Shown here: positions 50,357 to 63,452 of the stretch, piece by piece | How positions within the stretch are numbered: the first letter of the stretch is position 1 | How the letters are laid out: every line of letters starts with the position of its first letter | Origin: Octopus bimaculoides | Lineage: Eukaryota | DNA length: 63,452 nt | Reading direction: 5' to 3' | Assembly (NCBI RefSeq): GCF_001194135.2 | Contig: NC_068986.1 | Coordinates: 79,481,756-79,545,207, forward strand | Notes under the pieces: model-generated | The model's input: the letters and a program-made list of their open reading frames with translations, nothing else | What the model was told of the DNA's origin: nothing | The model's database searches: none | Made by a program: the position numbers and the translations under genes

Positions 50357-51737
50357 GTGTGTGTGTTTGCCCAACCCCCAACATCGCTTGACAACCGATG
50401 CTGGTGTGTTTACATCCCCGTAATTTAGCGGTTCGGCAAAAGAGACCGAGAGAATAAGTTCTAGGCTTACAAAGAATAAGTCCTGTGGTCGATTTTCTCG
50501 ACTAAAGGCGGTGCTCCAGCATGGCCACAGTCAAATGACTGAAACAATTAAAAGAGTAAAGAGAGTAACTAAAAGTCAGAGGGGGACGGGATAAACTACC
50601 TGCATCAAATTGCTATAAAAGCAGATAGTATTTTTACCTTGTATTTCTTAGTGCAAGTTTAGAAAAGTGCAGCTCGATGTTAACGGTTACTTTTTCAAAG
50701 CTATAATGGAAGTGACAAAGGAGCATATTCGGCATATTTTGCTTTATGAGTTCAATAAAGGCAACAACACAACGGAAAGTGCTTGGAATATTAATGCAGT
50801 ATATGGGGATCGGATAATAAACGTAAGCCAGTGTCAGCGGTGGTTCCAGAAATTCTGAGCCACAAATTATATCCTTGAATACGAGCCTCGGACTGGAAGT
50901 TCTGTAGAGCTCGACGAGCGTATCCTGCAAACCCTGGTGGAACAAAATCCCATCGTGACTGTTGAGGAAGTAGCACAAACGTGCTATCGGAAAAGTCAGC
51001 AAATAGAGTCAATGGATTCGTCACAAACTTTGCCCGCAGAGAGTGAATGTGTGCTCTTCTTTGCTGTCACGTCTCACGAATGAACCTTTTTTGAACCGAA
51101 TAGTGACTGGTGCGAGAAATGGGTTCTCTATAAAAATGTCAAATGCCGAAGACAGTGGGTAATAAAAGGAGAAACACCGGCACCCCAGGCTAAATATCTT
51201 CACTCATGTAAGGTGTTGTTATCTGTTTGGTGGGATATGAAAGGCTTAGTCCACTTTGAACTTTTAAACCGAAACCAAACGATAAGAAATGAGATCTACT
51301 GCAAGCGGTCTGAGCGACTTGAGTCAGCACGAGAAGAAAAGAGACCATCTTTGGTTTCAAGACGGAAGGTGTTCTTCCATCAGGATAATGCTCAGTAACA
51401 TACAGCGAGGATGACATTCGAATGGGAAACGATACCCCACCCATCATATTCACCGAACTTGCCCCATCTGATTATCATTTATTCCGCCGTCTTCAAAATC
51501 ATTTGGACGGTAAGAATATGAATTTTGTAGACGAGGTCTGAACGGTACTAGAAAACAGTATTTTTCGTGACAGACAAGTGCATTTCGGAAGAGGTGCCTT
51601 GCAAGTCTACCAGACAGATGAAAGAGCATTGTAGAAAATGAAGAAGAGTATGCTTTAGATTAAAAAGGAACTTTGTCTTAATTTTCAAAAATAAAAGAAG
51701 TATAAAAGACCCGCATTATTTATGGGATGACCCAATA
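50065..51737 (+). mobile_element. Decayed full-span mariner transposon with both TIRs, interrupted by a SINE
   Basis: TIRs tactaggtcatcccagaaataatgcgggt / acccgcattatttatgggatgacccaata (3 mismatches in 29, TA ends); MEVTKEHIRHILLYEF...CQRWFQKF from 50706; LLSVWWDMKG; FHQDNA; LAPSDYHLF; multiple stops. Confidence 0.92.
50109..50570 (+). mobile_element. Near full-length tRNA-derived SINE nested in the mariner 5' region, central (TA)n
   Basis: taggcgcaggagtggctgtgtggtaa; B-box-like ggttcagtccc; 3' end ggtgctccagcatggccacagtcaaatgactgaaaca with an aaagag tail. Confidence 0.9.
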
Positions 51738-53149
51738 TTTTGCGTCATACTAACACTTAAACAAACAATTAATTAGTTTTGCCAGTTCGAAAATGACATC
51801 CTTACGAAATCTTTGTCAATGAAAAATAGAATCCAGACTAGAAAGTTAAATTAACTACAGCTGAACTTTTCTAGATTTGACAGATAGAGATAATACCAAA
51901 TATCCGTTACGTGTTCAAGTGAAATATCTTTAGACAACCCAGGTATAAGCTGATAAAGGGAAGTTCTGATTTGGAGTTAACAAATTAATGATATCATATA
52001 TTTCTAATCGTTAAGTTGCTGCTGTCGATGATACTCTGCTACAGCCGATTTGGAATTCGACAGAATTGATCTGTGATTTTACAAATTCCATTAATCCGAT
52101 TGCAAATTTGAGTTGTAGAACAAGTTCCATATTTAGAGGCATCATTTATCTATGAAGTTTCACATCAGCCTTGATCAGAATATCATATCAGCATCTTTTT
52201 CCTTTCATATATGAAATTCATTTCCGCCGATAGTTTTCAGCTCCTGAAATTAATTTAATCTACAAATTTTAAGTAAAATCATAAGCAAAACATATATTTC
52301 AGAACCCCGCTAATTGCCAACCAATATTATTCTAATTGGCAATCCAAGCTTTCCTTTTAGACAAACGAATCTTCATTTAATAAACACCAATCGATTTTGT
52401 TTTATATGGCGATGTATTTAAGAGAAGCTACAATGACTGCATTTGTCAAAGAATTTCTATGAATTGGATATAGAGCCATCTAAAATAAAGACAAACACAA
52501 GATAACAGTTCTTTTGAAAATGGTTGTAAAGTTAACTGTTGGCAACGACCAGTTCCTTTACGAACGCTGCTGTTGTAAGTAATGTTAAACGCTTACAGCT
52601 GTATTTTAAATACTTTTTTCGTTAGCTAGCCTATGGGACTGTCTCAAGTCTGTGGGAAGAAACAAAGTAAACCAGCATTAAAATATGTTGATGAATTAGA
52701 TACCTTTATGAAAATAGAACTAGGCATCAATAGACATTCTTGTGAAAGAATATAACACCGGATTGCCACATTAAGAACTCAAACAAAAGCGTCTAAATTT
52801 TACAGTATACTTTAAGTCTAGCAATAAGATGGCAAATCAGAAAATATAGATGAAAATGTGCGTAGATAGAATATGATGCAAAACATTATAATGGAAGCAA
52901 TCATGGAAAATAAATATATCGACTTGATTTTAGCAAATGCTAAATACTTTTTAATAGTAAATAGATTTGAAATCTGTTATTTTCTCGAATGACTGGAGCA
53001 TTAGATTTAAGTGGTTATGGAATGAAATAAACTAGGAGTTTCTGTCAAAAACAATCAACTGATAGAGAAACGGCTATAGTACTTCATGAGATTGTAAAAA
53101 AACATGATTTCATAAAACTCTGATGAAACTAGTCTTTACTAGGAACGTT

Positions 53150-53600
53150 TATCTGTCGTCTCATCTTCTTCGCCCACTTAATTATGGGAGGGTCGTAGGG
53201 ACCGAGACCTTAAATATACCTTCGGGAACTGTCGGAAGCAACCATCGCCAAATGACTCGGTTGAAACCCAAGCGAAACCAGCCGAGCTCATGGATGTTAT
53301 TCAATCGGCTTGCTCGTGGTCTACTCCAGCGTTTCCTACCGCTTGATGTTTGCCCGTAAAACCTGTTCAGTAATTCTTTCTCATGACATTTTTCTCCCAT
53401 GTCAGAATTATTGGAGATGTGATCTCTCAATACGGAGAAGTAGCGGCTCTACTTGAAGCACCTCTCTGATCTCCAAGTTACAGACTCTATCCTTCGGAGG
53501 AACCCTATCTCGGTAGCTTATATTCGCGATCGTATTTCTTTGCTCAATACCAAAATTCATGAACATAGAAATGTTGACGAATAAGAGCATTCACATATTT
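53150..53600 (-). mobile_element. RTE-clade LINE 3' fragment
   Basis: Minus frames: ISYRDRV...VCNLEIREVLQVEPLLLRIERSHLQ and GRKRWSRPRASRLNNIHELGWFRLGF. Confidence 0.85.
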
Positions 53601-54000
53601 AACATTTTTTAGGCTAATTTTGTCAAGTATTAGAACAATTACTTTTTCTTTCTTTCATATATAGTCATCTCGTCAACACTGCCTATAGCATTTAAGAATT
53701 AAACAGTACCATAGACCTAGAGGCTTGAGAATTTGTTGTTTTTTTTATAAGGTCCAAAATTGCAGATTTGAATAAAGAACATTTTTCAAAATAATTAACT
53801 GATTTCTGGCAGCGGTTCGATTTAATTTGCACGAGAATAAATATTTACACACTATATAAACTTTATTCCTTGATAACTATTGGACATATCTCTCTTAATC
53901 AAAATTAGTTTCAGATTGTGGAAATACCACCCTACATTACTTCTCTCATACAACTAATTTTATATGTCACCATAGAAATAATTTTATGAAACAATTAATT

Positions 54001-54103
54001 AATAGCGAAGATTCTACTCCTCAGCTTGCAACACCAATTTATAATTAATGATGGGTTCTCTTTATCCGTAATTTCTTGTACTTCTGTGAAACATGTCGCT
54101 ATT
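54001..54103 (+). ncRNA. Dead hammerhead relic with the 5' core deleted
   Basis: aatagc(54001-54006)/gctatt(54098-54103) perfect stem I flanks GAAAC-AT-GTC, but CUGANGA is reduced to gaaga. Confidence 0.4.
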
Positions 54104-54257
54104 TTGGGAGAATGCCGAATATTTGGCACATTTACGTCTTTGAAAGTTTAATTCATAATAATGATAAAGGCCTTGATGGGTTTAGTGTTAGGCAGATCAC
54201 AAAACTTAATGCTGCCAGAACAAGCGTCGGTCATAGAAAATCCATAACAGTCTCAGA

Positions 54258-54580
54258 GATAACGATATTGGCGAATGGATTATAATTGACAACGATATTG
54301 AATTAACCCAACATTTTCCTATCAAGAGATTATCGACAATATCTTTAATCCTAAAAATTGCGATGTACCAATTTTGTTCTGTTGGATATGTTGATGAAAA
54401 TGAAGCAATTCTCTGTGTGTTTGGGTCTAACGCTCAATCGTCTGATATGATCCGTTCTTATTTTAATAGAATCCAAGCTTGTCCATGAAATAACTTACAT
54501 TCTGCTTAAAATAAAATGGCCAATACAGAGCAGAATTCAGTGAAACAAAACAACATTACAAGCTTCTTAAAGCCATTGAA
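54258..54580 (+). mobile_element. Possible pogo/Tigger-like transposase C-terminal relic
   Basis: Broken frames DNDIGEWIIIDNDIELT, YQEIIDNI and KQNNITSFLKP resemble pogo C-termini; pattern recall only. Confidence 0.3.
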
Positions 54581-55388
54581 GAATGTACAAATGCACTCGA
54601 ACATTCATTAAGATAATTTTAAATGGTTAAGAATATGTTCGTTTTACTTATTTCTTGCTGTGTAATTACTGTATAATAGACATGTGCTTCTTATCTAGCG
54701 TTTGTAGTGGATGGTTATTATTTTTTCTTTTTCCCTTTTTAAAATTAAGTTCATTTTAAAAACATTTTTCTGCCCAATTTTTAACAGAAAATTTAGAAGT
54801 TAAGAAAGTAATGTTCATTACATTGTATCTCAACTTATTTACCGTACACTTTCAGGTAATTAATTTAAAACTCCCTTAACCCGTAATCTAATCACCTGTG
54901 AGTGCAGCAAGTAATCAAGTAGGTATGTCGGGCAGTTGTAAACGTCGAAAATGGTTTAAGAAGGTCTTCTTAAATTAGTTAAGACATAGTTCTAGTTAAT
55001 ATATGTAGAAGGTTTAAGCAGAGGCACTTAATAGATAATTTAGAAGAAGATATTATATATGATTTCGCATACGACGTTCTGGAAACTAGAATGGCACGAC
55101 ATGAGAATGACGTTACTGATGCTAACGCTTGTCCTCTAAAACATGAAAACACTAAAGCTGTTCAATATTCACGAATGAAAAAAATCACGTGGTAACAGGG
55201 CTATAATAATGTCTTTCATGATCCATGGAGGATTTGTGATATCTGATTCCAAGATTAATGAAGCCTATTAGAGAACTGTTCAGTATGAGTGATAAAAAGC
55301 TGGCGATGAGTTTCGAAGCCGAGGTCAGCTGTCTGCTGCAAATCATGGCGAAATATGTAGTGTGATACGAAAATAAATCTCATTTCAG

Positions 55389-55428
55389 CTTTTGAAATAG
55401 CGGATGCTCTGCCCGAACTGTACGAGAG
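55389..55428 (+). CDS. Candidate isolated 40-nt coding exon (xFEIADALPELYEx)
   Basis: Acceptor atctcatttcag, strong donor GAG|GTAAGT, open protein-like frame; no partner exons identified. Confidence 0.3.
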
Positions 55429-55934
55429 GTAAGTTGCCAGGATTGCATGGTCTCCTCTGAAAATTTTACAACTAGTATGTCATAATGTTTGACCTCGCTT
55501 GACTGAAGTGTATAAGGACTGGAAACACACTAGGAGAATTCCAGGATCTGTAAGCCTAGAAATTGTGATGCCGCTGCGAAAGACACAGTCAAATTAGGGT
55601 CTATAAAATGGTGCACAGAGTTAAAGATTTTAATCCAGTTATTCTCAGGAAAAAATCTGGCGCTTGTTACTGATAGCGTTGTGAGAACGCACACATTTGT
55701 ACGCTCTCCGGCAGATTTATTCAGCACAATTTCCACTTTATGCTAAACACCAGGGAAGGTCACAGTTTGATCAGCTTTTGATACAACATTGCAACATTTA
55801 GATCAATATCATGAGTTCAATAGCATCGGTCGTTGACACTTTGATGGTTGTGTAACGCACAACTAATTTTGGACCGGTTTGGGGACATGAGAAAATATTT
55901 GTTTCAAGAAAAGGATAATTTTCTGGTCGACTTT

Positions 55935-56088
55935 GCTTAGCGGAATTTCACTTGCCTTCACGTTCTGAGTTCAAATTCCGCCGGGATCGACTTTGCCATT
56001 CATGCTCTCGAGGTCGATAAAATAAGTAGTAGTTAAACACTTACACTCTCCCGCGAGATTCCTAGCCTTGTGCCAAAATTTGACCCCA
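55935..56088 (+). mobile_element. SINE (38413 family), 5' truncated, running into a TAG repeat
   Basis: gttctgagttcaaattccgccgggatcgactttgcc...gtcgataaaataagta...ccttgtgccaaaatttga. Confidence 0.8.
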
Positions 56089-56089
56089 T

Positions 56090-56232
<143 letters not shown>

Positions 56233-57135
56233 ATGATACTGTTGCTGCTTTGTTTTAAATGCTGACTTATAAAATGACAGATGGCAACTTTTATTTTTTT
56301 TCACTTTAGAGAGTAAAATAACCTTTTGAACTGCAGTGGAAATATAAAGTAGTTAAAGTGAGTTTTGGTCAAAGTGTTCATTGAACATTGTTTGACGTTC
56401 ACTGAAATATGGTCTTGCTACTTTGAAATACATATGTGTTTTATTCGTTCCTGTTTTATTAACTTTTAGCTATTTGGAGTTTGTTCTTTACTGTTGTTGC
56501 TGCTGATATCATTGTCATCGACACTGGTATTACCGGCAATCTCTTTGATTTTACAATAGATACTGTGGTATGTGTGATGCAGGGCTTGATATGTGAAAAA
56601 TATACTTCCTGCATTCAAGTACTTAAATAAAAAGTAGATATACTAAACATTTAACGCGAATGCGCTAAGTAATATGGATATGTTTGTGCTCACATCTACG
56701 TGTCTGTGTGTTCACGCCTACATGTCTGTGTGCGCATGTGTGTATGCGTGTACATACGTATGTATGTGTATGCATGTGTGTGGTTGTGTGTATACTTGTG
56801 TGTTTGCATGTACATTGCTTATAATTTCCAGACTTTCACGAAACAGTTACATAATATCTCTGTAAGAGTTGTCAATGACAAACCTTACTCTCTTTAAGCT
56901 AGTAATGCACGATGCAAAATGTGTTTCTTTTCCTTCAGATAACGCCTCGTGTGCAGTAGTCCAAGCGTTCAAATCAAAGAATCTAAGTGGTGAATGATAT
57001 TATAAGTCTTCTGATCACACACAGGAAGAGTATTTTTCACATCTCAAGGTTTGCATCACACATACCACTCGTATGGCATATGCCTGATGTCATTATGCAT
57101 CTCACATCTCACAGTTGTCTGCGACAACTTGGAAG

Positions 57136-57190
57136 ATCGAAGCTTCTCCCCATCGACAAGCTGAGCTTGTCGATGGGGAGAAGATTCGAT
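57136..57190. repeat. Perfect 20-bp-arm palindrome with a 1-nt spacer
   Basis: cttctccccatcgacaagct-g-agcttgtcgatggggagaag (57143-57183), plus 6 more pairs after one mismatch. Confidence 0.95.
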
Positions 57191-58869
57191 GGGAGCTACT
57201 ATGCAAACTCGGTCATCTTGACAGTTACGATTGCTTCTTCCAATCGGCCACGGATGACACGCACTCTCTTACCAGAGTCCGACAAATGTTTCTTGACACT
57301 GATCCTGAACGCCCAGGAAAATGAAATTCTTCAAGGCGTTGTAGTTAGTCGTTTAGGTTACGAGCACGGCATACATTTTCATTCCCTATGTCATAGTAGA
57401 ATCCGCGGTATTAACCCTATCAATGCGCTCAAAGAGATATAAGTAGCATCATGCTTGGTTACCTTCCCTTTATAGTCCATTAAAAGTGCCAGGCTCACCC
57501 GGTATAGTTTGTTGCACCGGAATTCAGTGACAGTTATTGATGGATGTTTTTTAAACACGCCACAATAATTTGGTAAAAACTGCAAGAAAATTCATAAGGG
57601 ATGTTTCAGACATATGACTCGAAGACACGATTTAAATTAATAATCCAACGAAGCGACACCTTAGCCGGTAATTATTGCTAAGCAGTGTATAATACGTATC
57701 TAATTCATGGTTCAACAGTTCAAATATGTTATTGGCATTTCATTGTGTTCCTTGGCAGAATATTTTATTCCACTATATTGCTTCATATATTCTATATTCT
57801 TCTATACTGCTTAGCGGCTGGGAATAGAAACAATATCAATATGAAAATACTTAGACAATACAACCAGATTTACCATAGGGTACTTCGACAACCACATTAC
57901 TATCTGATCAGAACTTTACGTCTTACCAATCGATACGTGCGATTGCTGATAAAAGTACAAGCCTTGTCCACCGTATAGTTTGTATGTCAAATATATATAC
58001 ATATCACTCTCTCACTGCGCATATATACATATATATATATATATATGCTTAACACTCTGCAACTTCGCAGATAATCAGCCTTGTATGGTTAAGAGACACA
58101 TGCTCTCTAAACCAAACATTAGATAATATTGACCTGAAACAGATAGATAATGTAGCCAAGTTTCGAAAGTGATCTTCTGTTAAACGTTACTAACAAGAAC
58201 CACAACTTCTGTGGATAGTTAATGACGCATGTTCAACATAAACACATGAAATGCAAGAAGTAGCAGTCAAATCCCATTCGAAGTACAACAATAGCATATT
58301 CACGTACACCAATCCTAATGAATAGTCTCTTTCCTAAAAAAAATTAAATAAACATCTACAAAACATAACCGTTATGTTCTATATAATCAGCAGACTGAAA
58401 ATAAGAAGTAACTCCATCAGTCAAAGCGAATAGAATTTGGCTTTCTACTTACGATAAGAAGTGCACACTGTAAGATTTTAGTAAACATTTGATGATATGA
58501 GATTCTGTTGATACATATGTTTTATACCTTAATATAGTCATAATCAGGATATAAATAGATTTACTCCTTACTTTTCCTTATGTAATTTCCAAAAACAAAT
58601 TTCTCAGTAAGTTTCGTGTTTACATTACAAACTTTTGTTTATTGAATACTGAAGCTAAAATTCTAATTTAATTACTTTCTGGCCACCAATTTAATTACAG
58701 TTATGTAAACAATAACATTACTTTAAACATCAATTTACTTTGTTTAAATCATAGGAACGTATATAAAAAGGGTGGGCATATATATACACCACACACATAT
58801 ATGTGTTTGTGCGCACGGGAAGGTGTGAATATTGGCGTGTGAGCTTTTAGAACATACGTCTGTTTTGAA

Positions 58870-59090
58870 GGTGCATGGCCGAGTGGTTTGGATGTTGCAC
58901 TCTAGATTTCGATTCACGTTTCACTCTTTCTTGAGCAAAATACATCATTTCAAGTTGTTCTGCGAATACTTCCACACCTGACATGTAGCACACTTGTGCA
59001 CCTGTACAGGCAATGTAGACTTGGTGGAGATACTGAGCTTATGTCTAACACAAACATTTGATCACTCTAAACAACACATCTGTGCAAAAC
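58870..59090 (+). mobile_element. Decayed tRNA-derived SINE
   Basis: A-box-like tggccgagtgg; ttgagcaaaatacatcatttcaagttg resembles a SINE post-tRNA block. Confidence 0.55.
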
Positions 59091-59813
59091 CCTCAGCCGT
59101 TAGTATGTATTTGTAGCAACGTATATATATATATATCCTGCATTAAACTGTCTTCTACATAAATAAATTCTAGTTATTCTTTCGTTGTATCAATGTGAGT
59201 CTATGTCTTCATATAGAAAATTCTCACTCTCTCACAATCTTTCTTCAGCTAATTAACAAGCTAACCACTAACTACATATTTTAAATTTTACTTCATCTCC
59301 ACGCTAACTAATTTTAAATACTAGAGTTCATTCTTTCTCTCTACCATCTATTATTAGACCTATAATATCTTTCCTTTTCTCTTTGACTGTCTATCCAAAT
59401 TTGTTATCCATTCGACACCACCATTGCTTTAATTAGATAAACTTTAGATGAAATTTTCTTGCTTAATAACCTGGAATTTGCTATCCTTTTATATTGAGTA
59501 ATTTAAATGTCATTCATTTTATGCTAGGTCAATCTTAGTTTCGCTATCGGATACTATTTCCCATTGCTAAAAACTTGGCACTTTTTATTAAGCATGGCAA
59601 GATATTTTCGCTGTGGAAATTTGTAATATACATATAGTCAGATACACACGCATCCACCTACACACATCCCCAACACACTTAAATATATAAATATATAATA
59701 TATACACATTCATACAGATGAATGTATGCACATATATACTTATTCATAGATAGAAAGATAAGGATATGTGCGTATGTATTGATATATATTTATGTATATG
59801 TATATGCATGTGT

Positions 59814-59868
<55 letters not shown>

Positions 59869-60189
59869 CAGAAATACATATATATACATAAATAATTATA
59901 TGTATGTATGTATGTGTGTATATGTATGTATGCATGTATGTGTGTTTGATTGTATGTATGTATATTATCCAGGCACACTGGTTTTCCGCTTGCATGCAAA
60001 CTCTTAGTTCTATCTATATATTTTGAATTGTGAAGTATAGTTAAGCGGTCACATGTTTACGTACAGAAACTTTTAACTCGTGTCTCAGATCTTTTATCCA
60101 TACCTTTCACTAAGTCACTGTTAGATCTTTTACTCGCCTATCCTCTGCGAATACAGAACTAATCTGACAATGTGACAAGAAAATACTGG

Positions 60190-60235
<46 letters not shown>

Positions 60236-60402
60236 TAAATATAAGGGATTAGCAATTGAGTTGCTTCTCCAACATACTGAAAATTCAGAAACAGCAGTCA
60301 AAGAACTACTGATTCTAAACTACAAATTTTTCTCTAAAACGGATGGCGAAATTGTTAATTGTTAATTCTATTATTAATTGACGATTCCCTGCCCTCATTT
60401 CT

Positions 60403-60436
<34 letters not shown>

Positions 60437-60855
60437 CAAAATAAGCAGCAAGATATCTAGTAGTGATGCAGTACGACCGTTTGAAATGACTCCAGCTAAT
60501 AGAACAGTGCAATCGTGACATCAATTCATGGAATCTTAACATTTAGGAGACATTAATATAATTTTTCTCAAACATTTCAAGAGCAAGAAAATGGAAGAAA
60601 TTCACATTATCACTATTGCAGCGAAGAATAGACTACAACTTCTAAGAATTGCATGGAGCATAGTGGGGTCATAGTGTTGTAAGGGATTGTAATTCATTCC
60701 TAATTCATTTATCACTTTATCAACTGCTAAATCTAAGGCTAGAAGATTGTGTCTACTTTGAATAAAGGACAAGAGTGAGTTGCCTGCTCATGACTGGGTA
60801 TGGTCATAAATAATATTATAATATGTATATATATATATTCATATATATAATAAAT

Positions 60856-60928
<73 letters not shown>

Positions 60929-61219
60929 GAATATATATATATATATATGTTCCGTTTACATATTTGTTTTGCAAGATTTTTATGTGAATATATATATATA
61001 TATATGCATATACACATACATACATATATACATATATTCATACATACATACATGTATGTATGTATGTATACATTCATATATGGGTACAGGACGTCTATAC
61101 ATATGTGTATGGGTACAGAGAAGAAAATCGTCCGCTTTTTTTAACGTCTGTGCAGGAAATAAAGATGATCCTCCATTCTTCTCTAATTCCCTTTTTCACC
61201 TTCCTCCTTCACCATTTTC

Positions 61220-61511
<292 letters not shown>

Positions 61512-62399
61512 TCTGTCACTTCATTTTCAAAAAATGTCTTATGGCTTTCACTATTTTCCATTCGCTCTGGTCTAACGGCCCTCCATGTCTGTTTTCGTTC
61601 GGTTTCCTTGTATGTCTCTACCGCCATATTTTTGTTCCCAAATTTGACACTCCATAGACCCTAAATTTTATTTTAGAATTTATGTCTTTGAAGACTCATA
61701 TAGTCGTTGAAAGCTTGAAATGAGTAGATAGGCAGCCGACAACTTATGAAAGGTCCTTTCTCCGTGTTTACTTGTCCTGTTTCGCATTTCTCCTCGTTGT
61801 TTACGTATTCAACTCATTTGGTTACGTATTTCACGATGCTTGAACCGTTGGTAATGTCCTCTACCTATATATGTATATATATTTAATATATATATATATA
61901 TANNNNNNNNNNNNNNNNNNNNNNNNNNNNNNNNNNNNNNNNNNNNNNNNNNNNNNNNNNNNNNNNNNNNNNNNNNNNNNNNNNNNNNNNNNNNNNNNNN
62001 NNNNNNNNNNNNNNNNNNNNNNNNNNNNNNNNNNNNNNNNNNNNNNNNNNNNNNNNNNNNNNNNNNNNNNNNNNNNNNNNNNNNNNNNNNNNNNNNNNNN
62101 NNNNNNNNNNNNNNNNNNNNNNNNNNNNNNNNNNNNNNNNNNNNNNNNNNNNNNNNNNNNNNNNNNNNNNNNNNNNNNNNNNNNNNNNNNNNNNNNNNNN
62201 NNNNNNNNNNNNNNNNNNNNNNNNNNNNNNNNNNNNNNNNNNNNNNNNNNNNNNNNNNNNNNNNNNNNNNNNNNNNNNNNNNNNNNNNNNNNNNNNNNNN
62301 NNNNNNNNNNNNNNNNNNNNNNNNNNNNATATACATCTTCAACTTCCCTACGAAATTGTCTATGCATTTTTTTCTTTACCCACCTATTTTCATTCAGTT

Positions 62400-62830
62400 T
62401 CATTCGTGTTCAATTTCTTGTATAGTTCTTTACTTTGCAATCTTCCATCCTACACAAGCCTGACCTTCTTACTTCTAATAATAGCGGTTATGTGGCATTT
62501 TTTACATACCATGCTATTTTGATTTCTTCTGCTCTAATGCTGTGTTCGCATCCAATAAGTCCTCTTCCCCCTCTTTTCTTGGTACATACAGTCTGTCTGT
62601 GGCAATTTTTGGGTGGAGCGACCCATATCTAGGTAGCAACTTCCTTCTCTTTCTGTCTAAGCTGTTTTTTTCGTCTACTGTCCATGCGAGTACCCCTGCT
62701 CCATATCTAAGGAGTGAAACCGTTCAGATGTTGATAGCTTCGATCTTATTCCGTCCATTTAATTTCAACTTTAGGATCAGTCTCAGTCTGCGCAAGTACT
62801 CCACCTTAAATTTTTCTGTCATATCTTCCT
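62400..62830 (-). mobile_element. R4/Dong-clade LINE, RT C-terminal fragment (5' truncated)
   Basis: Minus frame: EYLRRLRLILKLKLNGRNKIEAINI*TVSLLRYGAGVLAW...LDRKRRKLL...LHPK...DRLYVPRKEG. Confidence 0.88.
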
Positions 62831-62847
62831 CCATCAATTTATCCATT

Positions 62848-62923
62848 GATTATTATTATTGTATCGTTATTCTTATTATTCTTATTCTTATTCTTATTCT
62901 TCTTCTTCTTCTTCTTCTTCTTC

Positions 62924-62957
<34 letters not shown>
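62848..62957. repeat. (TTA)n/(TTC)n compound microsatellite between the Dong fragments
   Basis: Direct reading. Confidence 0.95.
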
Positions 62958-63134
62958 GTTGTTTTTTTTCTTCTTTCTTCAAATTTTCTCCCATTTCTCG
63001 CCGAGTGTTTTCCGTACACCTAGGGCAGAGAAACTCGTTGTATGCGTTCCCAATTTACACACGCAAATTCACAGGTAAAACATGTATTTACAAAAAACAA
63101 AAAAAAATTAATGAATGGATGTTGTTTTCACAGA

Positions 63135-63452
63135 GATAATGCTCTTCTTAGTACATGAGTCGTTCCAGTTAGCACGATTTTTTGCACTTCCTATAGAGAT
63201 AGTAAGCCTGGTATCATTTTCAAATAGGTTTCAGTACCCTTTTTTATCATTCCTAGAGATTCTACAATCACTGGTATGGTAGTCGCCTTGAGGTGCCACA
63301 TTTTTTCAATTTCTATTAGCAAGTCTTTATATTTACTGATCTTGTCAAATTCTTTCGCCGCTATATTATGATCACAGGGAATACTCATGTCAATTAATAA
63401 ACACGTCTTCTTTGTCTGATCTTTTATAATAATATCCGGTTTATTAGCTTTT
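63135..63452 (-). mobile_element. R4/Dong-clade LINE 3' end, restriction-like endonuclease (PD..D..K) domain
   Basis: Minus frame: KANKPDIIIKDQTKKTCLLIDMSIPCDHNIAAKEFDKISKYKDLLIEIEKMWHLKATTIPVIVESLG...VQKIVLTGTTHVLRRALS. Confidence 0.9.

Noticed and set aside
52020-52200. Cys-spaced minus-strand peptide resembling EGF-like repeats
   Set aside because: Interrupted by stops, irregular Cys spacing, no splice sites.
53115-53150. CTGATGA-a-actag/ctag-GAACGTT
   Set aside because: One A missing from GAAA, and stem I conflicts with stem III.
56930-57600. Overlapping ORFs of 151, 69 and 64 aa around the palindrome
   Set aside because: No recognisable domain; probably a decayed repeat of unknown class.
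59440-59625. Imperfect inverted repeat between tagatga and gaaatttgta
   Set aside because: Both core halves are mutated; too degenerate to call.
60275-60305. GAAACAGCAGTC
   Set aside because: Palindrome broken; no proper 5' core or stem I.

Overview
AT-rich, microsatellite-dense eukaryotic DNA with 11 assembly gaps. The repeat landscape suggests a cephalopod (Octopus-like) genome; that is my inference and was not checked by a search. I found no intact multi-exon protein-coding gene. Nearly all ORF-track entries are simple-repeat or N-run artefacts or decayed transposon frames. The window is intergenic or deep-intronic and filled with mobile-element relics: several tRNA-derived SINE families (one full length with a 13-bp TSD), three decayed mariner transposons, a ~1-kb non-autonomous DNA transposon with 27-bp TIRs and an 8-bp TSD, a ~1.9-kb Penelope-like (RT plus GIY-YIG) relic, two RTE LINE 3' fragments and two tandem R4/Dong fragments around a (TAA)n/(AAG)n tract. 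The main unexplained signal is about ten type-I hammerhead ribozyme motifs. Where stem III is intact it is a palindrome (ACGT, ACATGT, ACCGGT, ACAGCTGT, ACCATGGT). One class has a 36-71 nt hairpin-bearing stem II of unrelated sequence, and another repeats a non-canonical CUGUUGAA core. All structures were folded by eye and no cleavage activity is shown. A few isolated candidate exons are reported at low confidence.
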